In this document: one piece after another, positions 32,901-47,900 of the stretch
Numbering within the stretch: the stretch's first letter is position 1
Layout of the letters: every line of letters starts with the position of its first letter
Assembly: GCF_018977255.1 (NCBI RefSeq)
Contig: NW_024704742.1
Coordinates: 68,326,001 to 68,390,000, forward strand
Length of the DNA stretch: 64,000 nt
Origin: Callorhinchus milii
Lineage: Eukaryota
Direction of reading: 5' to 3'
Program-made: the position numbers and the translations under genes
The notes under the pieces: generated by a model
Database searches by the model: none
Told to the model about the DNA's origin: nothing
The model's input: only the letters and a program-made list of their open reading frames with translations

Positions 32901-35900
32901 AAGGGCTGGATAAAGTAGACACTGAGGGTCTGTTTCCCCTGGTAGGAGAATCTATAACCAGGGGTCACAGTCTTAAAATTAAGGGTCAGCCTTTTAGAAC
33001 AGAGTTGAGGAAACATTTCTTCACTCAGAGGGTAGTGAATATATGGAATTTACTACCCCAGAAGGCTGTAGATGCTCAGTCCTTGAACATCTTCAAGGCT
33101 GAGGCTGATAGATTTTTTTTAAAAACAGAGGGATTAGGGGATATGGGGATAGGGCAGGTAATTAGAGTTAGGTCTGAAGATCAGCCATGGTCTTATCGAA
33201 TGGCGGGGCAGGTTCGAGGGGCCGAATGGCCTACTCCTGCTCCTAATTCTTATGTTCTTATAATCCTTGCATCTGATATAGCGCCTTATCACGTCGTTGA
33301 GATGTCTCAAAGTGCTGCTCAGAATATATTGTAAAGTGGATTGACTGTGCATTTTGTGGACGAAACACAGCAGCCAATTGTGCATAGCAGTGTCCCACAA
33401 ACAATCGTAGATTGAATGACCACATTTTTGGGGGGGTGGGAGAAGGGATTCTAATCCCCGGAATCCACCAACCGACTAATAAACGTGTTCCTACTTACAG
33501 CTAGGCAAACAGAGGCGTGTGGAGTAAGAAAACTTGCCTAAGCTTTTGCCCCATCTGGGAGTCAAACCTGAGTTCTCTGGCTTGTGAGACGAGCGTTCTT
33601 AACCACTACGCTACAGGACTCCGTAATTATAGTATTTATGACTGCCAAAATAACACATTTTATTCTGTTAGCGATACAATGTCTGTTGTCCTACATGTTA
33701 AGAATTGTACTTTGTGTTTGGTACCCCAATCTATTGACAAGGTCAAAGCTCACCCTTGTGTTTGTTACAAACAGATCACGGACAGTATAACTTTCACTCT
33801 CCTCTTCCTTTTTGATTTCAATAGAAATATCACCGTGGGAAACAGATCCTTCAGAAGGCCAGTACTGGGCACACTTCTCCTGTGGAGATACAAAGACAAA
33901 TTATTAATATAAAGAAAGAATTTAAATAAGTAATATGATTTTCTTTTAACCCTCCCCTCCTGGGAGGGGTACATGGTAAAGCTCTCTTTTGAGCTACTGT
34001 GGAGTTTTCTTGTCAGGCTTTGTATGTTGATAATACTACTTGTATTTGATTTAATGCTTTATCACACTGTCGAGAATGCCTCAAAGTACTTCACAAAATA
34101 TACTGTAAAGTGGTGCGACTGTGTGTATTTTGAGGGCAAACATAGTAGCCAATTTGCGCATAGCAGTGTCTGACAAATAGACATGGAGTAGGTGACCAAT
34201 TTTATTTGGAGAAATGTTAGTCAAGACTGACATTTGGTTTGAATGAAGCATCAGAAGTTGGCCTGGTCACCACAACGATCTGACTCCCAACTATCTGAAA
34301 ACAGCCTTTAGTTATAAACAAATTAGAAACCCATTTTTAAGTGAGGTGGGCTGGATCACCAAGAAAATGTTGCCACTAGTAGAAGCATAGAGAAATGAAA
34401 GCCATTGAGTACTCAATGGATCCTCATCCTCACCTACAAGGCCATTCACGGCCTTGCTCCCTCCTACCTCTCCGACCTACTATCCCCCTACCTACCTGCC
34501 CGTACCCTCCGTTCCTCTGGCTCCGGTCTGCTCCACATCCCCCGCCCCAACCGCCCTACCATCGGTGGTCGGGCCTTCAGCCTCTCAGCCCCCAGGCTCT
34601 GGAACTCCATCCCCCAGTGCCTTCGCCGCTTCCTCCCTCTCCTCCTTCAAGGCCGGTCTCAAAACCTTTCTCTTTGACCGAGCCTTCAGCTCCCCTCTCG
34701 ACTCTCTTCCCCCTCCTCGCTCCCTCCCTTCCCTCCCCTCACCCTGACCATTTCCCCCCTCCTCGCTCCCTCCCTTCCCTCCCCTCACCCTGACCATTTC
34801 CCCCCTGCTCGGGTCATGACCCAACTGTGCAGCGCCTTGGGACGTCCTCCTGACGTGAAAGGCGCTTTATAAATGGAATCTTGTTGTTGTTGTTGTTGTA
34901 CTTAGAAACAAAAACATTTGAAAAATGAGAAAATTATAGAGTATGGAATACAAAATTTAAAGGAGGCAGGAGAAAAGTGGTAGAGGAGGGGACAACAGAA
35001 AAAAAAGTACTGATTAAAATAGCGCAGGCATCCTAGTACTGAAAGAAAATTCCTACTTATTCATACAAAGACACATTTAGAAGACATCTACCTTGTTAAT
35101 AATGATGCTACAAAAATTATAAATACATTTTAAAAGTCATAACTTGATAGTTAACCTATGGAGTGATAGGATAGTCAGATGTCAATGGTAGAAGTATCAC
35201 ATCCATGACATACCTGCCCTCTTTCTTCCAACTCTGTTAACATGACAATAGAGCATGATTTCCATTCCCATATCATTCTCCAGAAATCTTCTATTGTGTG
35301 CTGAAGAGGCCCTTGGCTGGCTATGTAAGAGTCCTTCTGTCGATATCCCTGGAACATAAATTATACACCATTGCAAACCAGTTTCCATCTCCAAATTAAA
35401 ACTACATTTGAAAGCAGAATTCTGTTGACCAGAATAATGTTCAATCATTTTGGTGGCCTATTCCCTGAATTTCATTCAGAATTATTACACTGTAAATATA
35501 GCTGATGTGACAGCTAATACTTGATTTAACATTATGCAGGAAATATGGACTCCTGGGAATAATTAAGAGACATTGATCTAATGGATCATCGAAAGGAGAT
35601 CATAAACACCAGGAGTTTAAGTGGTTTAGACACGTAATCTGAACCTCCGAATTATATTACAGTACAATGCTGAGTATATTGAGCTATTTATATAAAATGC
35701 CATGGCTTTGTACAGAAGTGGCTGTAAGCATCAATGCTGACCATTAGTGCACACACTGTCCTTGTGTCATATACAGCATTTAAGAACTTTGAAAGATTTC
35801 CAGGTCAAGGTCAATATCCATCACTGAAAGTACTTTTGTCTTAGGCACAAAGACAAACAGTCTGGAGGAGAAAGCAATTCAGCTGATCAGGCCTGTTTGA

Positions 35901-38900
35901 CCAGTGTATTAGATTTTGAGAGATTTACCCTTAATACCTCTTGCAGATTAAATTCAGCATTCCATTGACAGAATCTAGGCAAAGTAGCTGGAGATACTAG
36001 CCCCCAAGTGCTGCAGAAAACAGCAACATCACTATCATTACTTGCCTGTAAAACCATTCAAATTTACTAACTTGCTTCAAGTACTTGTTGGGGTCTGATG
36101 ATAAACCATGTGTACATTTTCCACAATTAGCTTTCGTTTGTTGAAAAAAAAAACATCTCCAAACATTTGTAGGTTTTCTTTTCAATGCTACTAATTAGCT
36201 AAACTAGCACTGTGTTGTCAGTCATGTCATCATCAGTGGAGTATTTCCACATGGATGGACTGGAGACCAAACAGAAGACTGTTGGGAATAATGGTTGTCT
36301 AAGTGCAGACAAAATAATCAATAGCTTATTTCCAGTTGTCAGGTAGGACAAAGTGTAATTACTACAAACTAAAACGTGCCTTTACTGCTACTACTAATAT
36401 CCTGTGGGCAATAAATTTGATTGGGAATATGAACATAAGTGAAAGAGATCATTTTCAGTATACATTCCACTGCAGAAGCCGCTTAAGCTTCTAACAGAAG
36501 GCTCTGAATCAAACCTCTTCTTAATCATGACACACGGAAACAGGCGAAGCATTCAAAATGAGATCTACAGCCCAGCTATGAACTCAAACTTTTCATTGGA
36601 TTATTTATTCATTCTATTTGATAGAATATTACTTCAAACATTTATAATTAAGGTTAGTTGGGTCTATCTTGTGTCGTGGTTGCCTCTTGCTTGCCAAGAA
36701 TTGTAAGCAATATCATTAAACAATGTTGTTTCCATCATTTCCTCACCCACCCTATTAATTATCCGAGTTTAAAAGGTGTAATTCCTCGTATACTTTTATT
36801 AATCTTTTTATCTGACTCCCTTGGTGTGCCCTCCCTAAACTGATCTAGATTAGCAATAATCAACGGCAGTACTGAAGTCCAATTACATATTTAGAATAAA
36901 AAGCACCTGGGTTTCATCAACATATGCTGACAGAAATGAGAGCTTTAGCAATACAGAAGAATGCAGAATGAATACTCAATTACACACTGAGACAAGAAGT
37001 TATAAAAACTCACATCAATAAAGGATGCATTCACATAATCTGTGTTCTCTTCACCTCTTTTCACAGGGATGATCACTCTATTAAACTCATCTGAAATTAA
37101 TTACAGGAAACCACATACGTTACCACAGCATCCTTCAGTCAATCAAACAAAATAAATATTTGCTTAAACATAATCTTTATTCTCAAATTTCTGCATATCA
37201 TTACCATTTGGGAACTCTAGTACTTTAGCACTTTTTACTTGAAGCAACATGCTATGATGATTCACGTGCATGCTTCATGTCCATTAAACTAGGCAGGCTG
37301 ATTCAAACTCAGCACTCTTATTTTATATAAAAAATATAGTACCACTTCATAGTGAATTCAGATAATAACAATCCTTGCATTTGGTTTAGTGCCTTATCAC
37401 ATCATTGTGACATCTTAAAACTCTTCACATAAGATATTGTAAAGTGTGTAAAAATGCTGTGAATTTTGTAGGCAAAATACTGTCAGATATTGTTACCATC
37501 ACTTGGAGGTGTACAACTCTGGGAAGACGCCATACAACAACAAGATTTCATTTATAGAGCGCCTTTCACATCGGGAGGACGTCCCAAGGGGCTGTACGGT
37601 TGGGTCGGGACCCGAGCCTTGGGGGAAAATGGTCAGGGTGAGGGAAGGGAGGGAGCGAGGAGGGGGTAGGGAGTCGAGAGGGGAGCTGAAGGCACAGTCA
37701 AAGAGAAAGGTCTTGAGACCGGCCTTGAAGGAGGAAAGGGAGGAGGCGGCGAATGCACTGGGGGATAGAGTTCCAGAGCCTCGGGGCTGAGAGGCTGAAG
37801 GCCCGGCCACCGATGGTAGGGCGGTTAGAACGAGGGATGTGGAGCAGACCGGAGCCAGAGGAACGGAGGGTACGGGCAGGTAGGTAGGGGGATAGTAGGT
37901 CAGAGAGGAAGGAGGGAGCAAGGCCGTGAATGTTAAACCACAAAAGTTAAAATAATAATCCTTCCATTTGATATAGTGCCTTTCACATCAAGAGCAGGTT
38001 TGTAGTGACTGTATATTTGTAGTAAAGTAAAGTGGAATCAGAGTTGTTGTCCTTCGAATGAGACGTTAAACCGAGGTCCCATCTGCCTGTTCAGGCAGAT
38101 GTTAAAGACCCCACGGCACTATTCAAAAAAGGGAGTTTCTCTCGATATCTGAGCCAACAAGCACCCAGATAAAATCGGACATTAACTTCACCGCTGAGAC
38201 ATTGCTGTATGCAAATTAGCTGCCATGTTCAACCAAAAATAGTCATTACACTGTAATTTCTGCAAACTCTTTGAGAGGTTGACTTTCTGATAAGGCTCTG
38301 TACAGAATCAAACGCAAGGATTATTATTATTTATCATGTTTTGATTCATAAATTCTTAACAAATCTCTTAATTCACACAAGTTGGAACATGGCCCAATAA
38401 CATATTGAGAAATTTAAATTGTGTAGTTAATCACAGGAAATACATTCCAGCACTTTATGATCAAGCATGTTGATGCCCTGACATGCAGGAACCAGACTCC
38501 CGGATAGTTTCTTCTTAGATAATAATAATCCTTCCATTTTGATAAATGACAGAAGGGAATGTGTTGAAAGAGGAGGAGAGGGAAAGGACAAAAGAACAAA
38601 GGGGATCTTCACAGAGACAAAAGACTTCGGGAGAAAGTGAAAGTCAAACTTAGAAGAAAAACTGGAGACAAATGAGACAGCAAAAAGAGAGGAAGATTTA
38701 CTTTGAATAAATTCAATCAGGTAGTCATGGAGAGCGAATCGGTAGCTGAAGCACTGATGGTCCCACTAATAGATACTGTTGCCCTTCACATTAGCTTTGA
38801 TACATTCAAGTACTTTGATATTAATATGCAAAATACCCCTTGAAGTACATTCCTGAGTCGAACACTTGCAAAGTAACGCAGTTAATTTTGCAAAGTTGGA

Positions 38901-41900
38901 TTGGAATGTTTTGTAAGCAGCAAATATTTGCACAGAATAACTACAATGCTAATGAAGGACATGAATAGTTTCTGTTACACAACTTAAATTGACTGAATGA
39001 CTGCATGTTAATTCTGAGTACTAAACAGGGGGAAAAGGTTTCACAACTGTTCTTAACCCTGCAATGTTCAATCCCTCCACTAGAGGATACTGTGCATCAC
39101 TAAATGCATGGCTTGAATTTTGCTGTTTCCTGGTTCATTTTGTTTATCAGCACAATTGCCTGGATGAAGTAAAGTCAATTCACTTGACAGTAAATTTTGT
39201 GAAGCACTTTGGGATTTCTCAGCATAGTGATAAGGCACTGTATCAAATGCAAGGATTATTATTATTATTATTATTGTGCTATTTCCTGATCTTACTGAGC
39301 AGGAGGGAGCTACAATTGGTTCATGAGCACGTGAGGGAAAAATCAGCCAGTCCCCAGCTCCTGGTTGTTATTTAGGGAGACCCGATGGAATGTGCTGTGT
39401 AGATAAGGGCAGGAACACGCTTAGCTAAGGCCCTTCACCATGGAATAGCCCATTAATACTCACTGTTTGAATTCAGATTGGCCATTTGACTAGACTTGAC
39501 AAAAAGGCTCATAATACCTGCCTTGTTCTTCACTCACAAGATAGTCATGTGACAAGAGCAATTGGGAAAATATGTTTCATCGTACAAAATTTATAATTTA
39601 AACATTCAGAAACCGTGTCCATCTTTTTCATACATTCAAGCGATCTGGGACGCTGCCCAGCGTGAGGGGCGCTATAACAATGCAAGTTGTTGTTTGACAA
39701 TTAGAAATTACATTTTTTCCCCTGTATTACCAAATACAGTCCTGTAGCTCAGTGGTTAGAGCGCTCGCTTTGCAAGCGAGAGACCTGAGTTCAATTCCAG
39801 GCAGAGGGCGAAACCTTGGGCAAGTTTCCTTACTCCACACAGAGCCTAATAATAATCCCTCCAAAACCAAAAACAATAATAAATTGGTCATTTTCAATCT
39901 ACGACTGTTTGTGGGACATTGCTGTGCGCAATTGGCTGCCGCGTTCACCCACAAATATACAGTCAATTCACTTTACAGTGTGTTCTGTGAAGCGCTTTGG
40001 GACGTCCTCCCGACGTGAAAAGCGCTATATAAAATGCAAGGATTATTATTATTATTATTATTAACCATATTTCTGAGACAGAACTGATTGGAGGATATTG
40101 GATTAGCTGCAGATTACAACAACAACTTGTATTTATATAATGCCCTTCACGTGGAGTAGCATCTTGGAGCACTTAACAGTGGCTGAACCTGATGTAAATC
40201 ATAGAATCTTACAGCACAGATGGGAGACTATTCGGCACAGCGTGCCGGCTCTTTGAAAGAGTTATCCAACTTGTCTCACTCCCCTGCTCTTTCCCCATGG
40301 CCTTGCAACTTTTTTTGTTTTCAAGTACCGATCCAATTCCCTTTTGAAAGTTATTATCGGATCTGCTTCCACCACCATTTCAGGCAGTGCATTCCAGATC
40401 ATAACAACTCTGTAAAATACATTCCCCTCATCGTCTCTCTGGTTCTTTTGACAATTATCTTAAATCTGCGTCCTCTGTTTACCGACCCATTTGCCAATGG
40501 AAACAGTTTCTCCTTATTTGCTCTATCAAAACCCCTCATAATTTTCAAAAGAAAACCATACTGAGTTCTGGAGTTCTATTGTACCACTGTTACTGAGTTT
40601 TGACAAGTTTATATTTATGAATAATAGGTCTTACAAGGAATGATCTGAAGAACTCTGTTTTTTTTCATGTTGGCTGGCAAATTGCCTGTCCTCATCTTAT
40701 CGTTTTGAATTTTGATGGAGGTCAATTTCTATGGAGGGAGGAGGAAAAACAAATTCAGTATCAGCACTAAAACAAATTCCACCTAAATAACATGCAAAGT
40801 GCAGCTCATCAGAAATGTCCTTTTTGAGAAGGATAAATATCACCAAACCTTTGTATGTGTCAGAGACAACTAGGTGATCATTTGTCATCACCGATCCATA
40901 AAAAAATCTAAAAAAAAAGATACTATTCAACAACAACAAATTACAAATTAAATTTGTATAGCACCTTTCACTTTCCAAAGCGCTGCACAGTCAAGGATTT
41001 GCACCCGAGCTGTCGTTTGGGATCAGGAGGGGTGGAGATCAGGTAGGGTGGAGATAGGATGGTGACCGAATGCATGGTTGAAGAGAAGGGTCTTAAGATT
41101 GGCTTTGAAGGGAGCAAGAGAAGGGACTATGGGACGGCATTCCAAAGGATGGGGGCATTGAGGTTGAAGGCTCGACCACAGATTGTGGGGTGGACAGGGC
41201 GGGGGACATGAAGCAGGCTGCAGCCCACTGAACGGCGGGAGCAGACAGGTTTTTGTACTGAACAAAAACTAGAAAAAAAATAAAAGCGGATCTCCACCAA
41301 CTGTAAATATAAACATGCTTTGACATGTTCACACTCTGCAGAAATGTTAGCGTGAATTTTTTGGAAACCTTTTTTCAAAATAATGCAAACATTAAATACT
41401 GTATTTACACACTATTTATACAACTTGCATAACAGATCCTATGTTAATTTTTTTACTTGTTCTATAGCGTCACTATATTTATGATCGTGCTGTGGTAAAG
41501 TCTGTGTATCTCTTACCTTGAACTCTTCATCCAGACCATTGCCCCCCGACCCAGATACTTTGTTGTAAAGTTTCTGCAAGTGACATTCCAGCGAGGTTAC
41601 TTCCAACTCTGTGTCTCCATATAAATAATGCTCCAACAACGCTTGGTATATAAACACGTACTGCATCTGTAATGAGACACCAACATGTTCATATTAGTGC
41701 TCCCTGGTGCTTGAAAAGCTTGCCGACAATAATGTCAAGGCTCATTCAATTGGACGAGGTACCTCAGTATACAGAGATATAATAATATACATGCAGTATA
41801 ATCCTTGCATTTGATATAGTTTCTTATCACGTCGTAGAGACTTCCCAAAGTGCTTCACAGGATATGTTGTAAAGTGGAGTTACAGTGCATTTTATGGGCA

Positions 41901-44900
41901 AAAAGCGGCAGCCAATTGCGCACAACAATGTTCCACAAACAGTCGTAGATTGAATGATCACATTTTCTTTTTGGTGGGGGGAAGGATTATCATCTCCAGA
42001 AAGCTATCTGCCAATCGATTAACAACTGGATTTCTACTTCCTGCTAGGTAAATAGAGACACGTGGAGTAAAGAAACCTGCCCAAGGTTTCGCTCCGCCCG
42101 TGAATTGAACCTGGCCGATACCTCTCAATTGCGAGGCGAGAGTGCTAACCAGTATGCTATGTATTGCTAAGTATTTTATATTATATATTTTATATTACTG
42201 AAGAGGAGGAAAGGGNAAAAAAATTCTGCTCTTATTTTAAACAATGCAAATATTTGTTTTAGATTAGGGTTAATCTCTCAGTGAAAATACTATTGTATCG
42301 TCTGAGTAGTTTTATTACTGATACATCACTGCTTCCTTTAAGGATTACAAAGTTTGAGGTGAAATTTACAGAACTAGAATCAAAGAGATAGGGGTCTCTG
42401 CAGGCAGATCAGTTTCCGATTTAAGAGTTCAATGTTCGTGGATTCTAATGAATGCAAACAAATAAACCTAGAAATATTATCTTGGGGTTAAAACTTCTAA
42501 AAGGTGGACAGTAAAAACTAATTTATTAATCTCTATACCACATCCCATTTTAAACATTTACTCAACAATTAAAGGTACATTTTAAAAGTAAAACTAAAAA
42601 AGCGACTGGCACGCGGGAAGTAAGCGAACTGACTGTGCGTACGCACAATAAACGAGGTGCATAGGCCAACTGCATTATAAGTTAATTCACTGTAATGTAG
42701 CATGTTACAACTGGGCTGCATTGGGCTTAGCAAGTACTCATTATTACAGAGCTTTGAATACTTTAGTTTGATTAGGTTGCAATCGATAGGTATGCTCATC
42801 ACCATACAATATTTTCATCCATTTGCACCCCTCACAATACAATACATACAGTATTCACTTATATAGAGCACTTTTCACGTGGCCCACAGGCTCATATTTA
42901 GATAACAGCATATTCATCTCTATGTTAACCTTGAATGAGTGAGGAATCATTAAATAAAAAAAAACTTCAAAATCGCTTTACACTCACATCTGTCTGAACC
43001 ATCTGACATCGCTGAGCTCGGATTCGGGAAACAAATCCAAAAACATCCACTTTCCTTTCTGCATGCATCATGTCCAGCATGGCATCAATAACAATGAAAG
43101 TGCCTGTTCGACCCACACCAGCACTGAAAGATACAAAACATTGTCAATCTAGGGATTTTATATCCTTCAAAAAATATCTTATCAATTACATTTTCTCATC
43201 TTACTGTTATGTGACTGTTAACTCTGCAGGTTAAAGCTCTAACAAGTAGGGTATTCCCAGCTGGACAATCAGTGGGAAAGCTTGCCAGACATCAATATCA
43301 ATGGCAAGCTATATGGTTTTAGCCGTTGTACCCCGGAGCCCAACCTTGGCTCTTGCCAACCAGCACCGAATACTTTCCGGTATTAGGTAAGTAGGATGTA
43401 TCTCTCTGGAGAAAGACCGCGCATTCCATTCCAATAAATATTTCTGGAAGTTTCACGTGTATGGAATTCTCAGTGTGGCTTGGATATTCTTAATCACGGT
43501 GATGGGTTCCTGCATGTGTCAAGACACCAGGCTCACAAAAACAAGAATACTGTTCAGGATTTTCTCTGAAAGGCCTACGCTGATGGATGGGTTGAATTGC
43601 CCAGCTTGGTCTGAACTTCCCGGCCTGGTCTGGTTTCAGAAGCCCAACTTGTGACATTTTCTTCAGCCCATAGAGCTTCAACATATGGTTCCAGGTTGCC
43701 TGATATCTACATCACAGAACCAAGGAATTTAAAACAAATCCGGGAGAAGATGGGAAAAAAACTTGCTTTTGGGCATCACTGCAAGAAAAATCTCTCTGAT
43801 ATGCTTCGTTGTTTATTAATTTATCCTGTAAAATTCAAAATGCAATTAAATCAACCTAATGACTCCCTGTAACAGTTTTATTTACACCTATTTTACTTGT
43901 GATTTAAAAAATAAGTTCTCATTTTTGCTCAATTAAAGCTAAGATCTGGTTGCTGGATAGCACTCCACATAAATCATAAACATTATACTAAAGGAGGTGA
44001 CTGACCAGTCAAGCTTAAGCTATTGTTATCTCTATCCACTGGAGCTGTGATGCCTTTTCAGTAACTGGGCATCCCCAACTGAATTTCGTACTCCAATTCC
44101 ACTAACTAATGTTCTATATCGCTTCCTTGCTTTTATATTCAATGCCACAATACACATTTTTAAATATCCCACTTGCTCTTTTAATGTCTTTACACCTTCA
44201 AAGATCTATGCTTCTGATAATGATCCTTGCATTTGATATAATGCTTTTCGCGATAGAAGTACGTCTCACAGCACCACATTTACTGAGGTACAAATGATCA
44301 CGATAACAGTGACGTCACAATAGTACTGTAGATTGAGACAATTCCAGACCCAGTAAGAGGATTGGAATAGGTTGGCACCAACTAAACTTCCAGAAGATTT
44401 GAGGAAGGTACTGGACACCAAACAAATCTCTCCTGGCACGAATGTGTTACTTTACATAATACATATAAATAATGCTCATCATATGCCTACGAACGATACA
44501 GAATAACACTATTGCAAAAGAGAAGGGAATTTCTCTTGATGTCCTGATCAACAATTCCCCAGATAAAATTAGTCATTTACTCCATGACTGTTTGTGGGAT
44601 ATTGTGTGCAAATTGGTTGTCGTGTTTGCTTACACAATATAGTAACTAAATTTTACGATGTACCATAATAAAAAAACACTATGTTAAATGCAAGAAATAT
44701 TATTAGTTCCACAGCACTGAACTGAAGGGTCAGCCTGGACTGTGAGCTCAGTCTCAAAAGCTTGAATTTCCAGTGCCTTGTGATGTCCTACCAACGTGAA
44801 TAATAAATAATAATAATCCTTGCATTTGCTATAGCGCTTTTCACGTCTTCTAGATGTCTCAAAGCGCTTCACAGAATTTGCTGTAAAGTGAATTGACCAT

Positions 44901-47900
44901 ATATTTGTGGGCAAAACGTGGCAGCCAATTGTGCACAGCAGTGTCCCACAAACAGTCGTGGACTGAAAATGACCAATTTATTATTGTTTTGTTTTTTGGA
45001 GGGATTATTATTAGTCGTGTGGAGTAAGGAAACTTGCCCAAGGTTTCGCCCTGCCTGGTGTCTCCCTTGCAAGGCAAGTGCTCTTAACACTGAGCTACAG
45101 GACTCCAAGACACTGAGCTACAGGACTCCAAGGTGAAAGGCAAATGTAATTTGTTATTGTTGAATTACATATGGCTGTTTTTGGACAATGCTGTGTGACA
45201 ATTTGTTGCCATATTTTCCTACAAATACAGACAGTCACTAAACTTTGCTGATAAGCTCAGTGAAGCGCTTTGAGACATCTGACATGACAGCATACTATAT
45301 CAAATATAAGGTTTATTTATTTGATATTACTGAACTCACAACCTTCTGACCTGCAGATAGCATGTTACTAACTGAGCCAAGCTGAAACCTATACTCCAGA
45401 TTTCCAAATTAAATGTGACTTGGAAGCCTTCAATTTTTTAAAAATAATTCAACAAAATATTTCAATAATGGAAAAAATAACTGAAAGCAATGCCTCCCCT
45501 AAATTTTATTAATTCATACATATTATAACCATTAACTTACAACAGAAGTATAAGAGGAAAACAAAGAAAAATATTTCCCAAGCATATTAAAGGCAAAACC
45601 AACCTGCAATGTACGACTATGGCCCCAGCGAATGATGGGTTACAAGTTTTCACCTTCTTCAGAAATTTCAGCATACCAATGGGGGTGAATGGAACGCCAA
45701 AGTCAGGCCAGCTGGTAAAGTGGAACTGAGTAACCAGGCGCTGAGGTTTCTTATTGGTTACATCTCCCACCTGCAGGGAGAGAAAGAAAATAAACGAACA
45801 AACAAATGGGCGTCAACAACAACTTGCATTTTTATAGCACCCTTCATCCTTGATGGTGTTTCATAGCACTTGAATCAATCTTATCACATATGTGGTTGGC
45901 AGAGTTAATCATCATCTTCATAACCCTCAAACCAAACCTTAATGTGACTGACACAAGTATTTTAATGACTTTGACCCAGGGACACGATGAAGAAAAACAA
46001 TTTGGATGCAAATCTTAAATCTGACACTTATAAAAGCTTTAAAAGAGTTTTTTTTTACTATAAGCCTATTTCTGGAATCCCTTCAGATATAATTCAGAAA
46101 CTGTTTAATATTAATGTGGAAATTAGATACAAATTGCTGCTTCTCTGGAAAGGGTGTTATTCTCTAAGGAATGCCACAGGCTCTCTATGGCTAGATGAAA
46201 AAAGCAATTCCTACCATCAGAGAACAGGGAAGAGAGTTATGAAGGCTTCCTCATAATTTTACTGAACTAGATTTAGGTGGATTGTGTCAACAAAATAACC
46301 TCAGTTATAACAATACCATTTAAAACTAAAGTAGGAAAAGAAACAAAATTGTAGAAGATGCTTAAATTCAGGCTTAATTTAGAAACTGATCGTTTACAAG
46401 AACTAAAGAAAACGAACTTCCAAATTAACAATGTATTTAAGGATTTCACTATTTGCAGGTTCTTAAATTTTAAGATAAACACGTGAGGGGAAGTAGAATT
46501 TCAGGCTTCAGAAACATCCTCAGAGAAGAGAAAAATTATGAGTGCAATTTCCATGTTTGCGGGAAGCCAATTTAAGAGTGACACTGGGCTCAATTTGAGA
46601 GCAAGGACTATGCATTCCATGTTGTGCAAGAAACCATAGGAGTGGGTTCAACAAAGGAAGAAAAATGGGTAATCTACCGAACAAATTTGAAAAAAAATCT
46701 TGCAAAATCAAAAACTTTTTTAAATAGACACATTTTGTTACATAAAACATTGGCTTAATGTTCTATTCCATGCATATGTTCCATCATATAACAATTTGTA
46801 AATAATTTTCTTACTACTAACTGGAGCCCACTAATCAGATCACAGAAGTTATAATAATAATCCTTGCATTTGATATAGCGCTTTATCATGTCTTCAAGAC
46901 GTCTCAAAGAGCTTCACAGGACATACTGTAAAGTGTAGTGACTGTATATTTTGTGGGTGAAATACAGCAGTGTCCCACAAATAGTCATGGATTGAGTGAC
47001 CAAATTATTATTATTTTTTAAGGGATTATTACCCCTGGAAAAGCAATCCACCAGTTGACTAACAACCCAACCAGGTTCCCACTTGCTGCTTGGTAAATAA
47101 AGGTGTGTCGACTAAGGAGAGTTGCCTAACGTTTCACCCTACCCGGGAATCGAACGCAGGTCCTCTCACTTGCGTTAAAATAACCACATTTTTACAAGAT
47201 GCTGGAATAAGCTACAGCATAAAATAAAAAAAGACATACTTGTTGAATACAGAACTTGCGGATGGTATAATCTACCAACACCATCATGTCTTCCACAGAC
47301 ACTCGGATGTTTCCATATGTCCAGCAGCCTTGGTCTGGCCAGTACTGGGCACATTTGCACTGGAACAAAATCATGTTTAATGTTAAAATTTTAAATCAGA
47401 TTTCCTGCTGATTTTCTGCATATGCCACCAGATGTAATTACAAAACCGAGAAATAAAAGTATTGGAAGAGTTTTCGAAAATAATCCACATTTTAAAAACC
47501 AGCATAATTTTAAAAACAGCATTTAAATCATAAGGTAGCCACAAGTAAGTGTGTCGAAGGCTATCAACCCACTTACTTATGGCTACCTTGATGGGTATTC
47601 ATCCATGAAGTGGATAAGAACACAAGTACATTGGATCCTCAATTAATCCTGTTATCAGCCACAATTTGTACCTCACCTCCCTCCCATTTCCCCCCAATGC
47701 ATCACTTCACTATTGCTATGTAAAGTAATAAGGATTCAGATTATGGGAAATGAGATGTAACTTTTTAATAACTATAATCACTGAAAGTCAGTTTATCTTG
47801 CAGATATGATTATGGAAAGTAACTATATGACTCATCGAGGTCCAACCCACTTGATAAGCACATTGTGATTGTTGTAAATGTCAACCACGCTTTCTCAAAC

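Noticed and set aside
42216..42216. Single N base
   Set aside because: Sequencing or assembly ambiguity in an intron
44310..44317. Perfect CRE TGACGTCA in a PTPRA intron
   Set aside because: Isolated 8-mer; about one is expected by chance in a window this size
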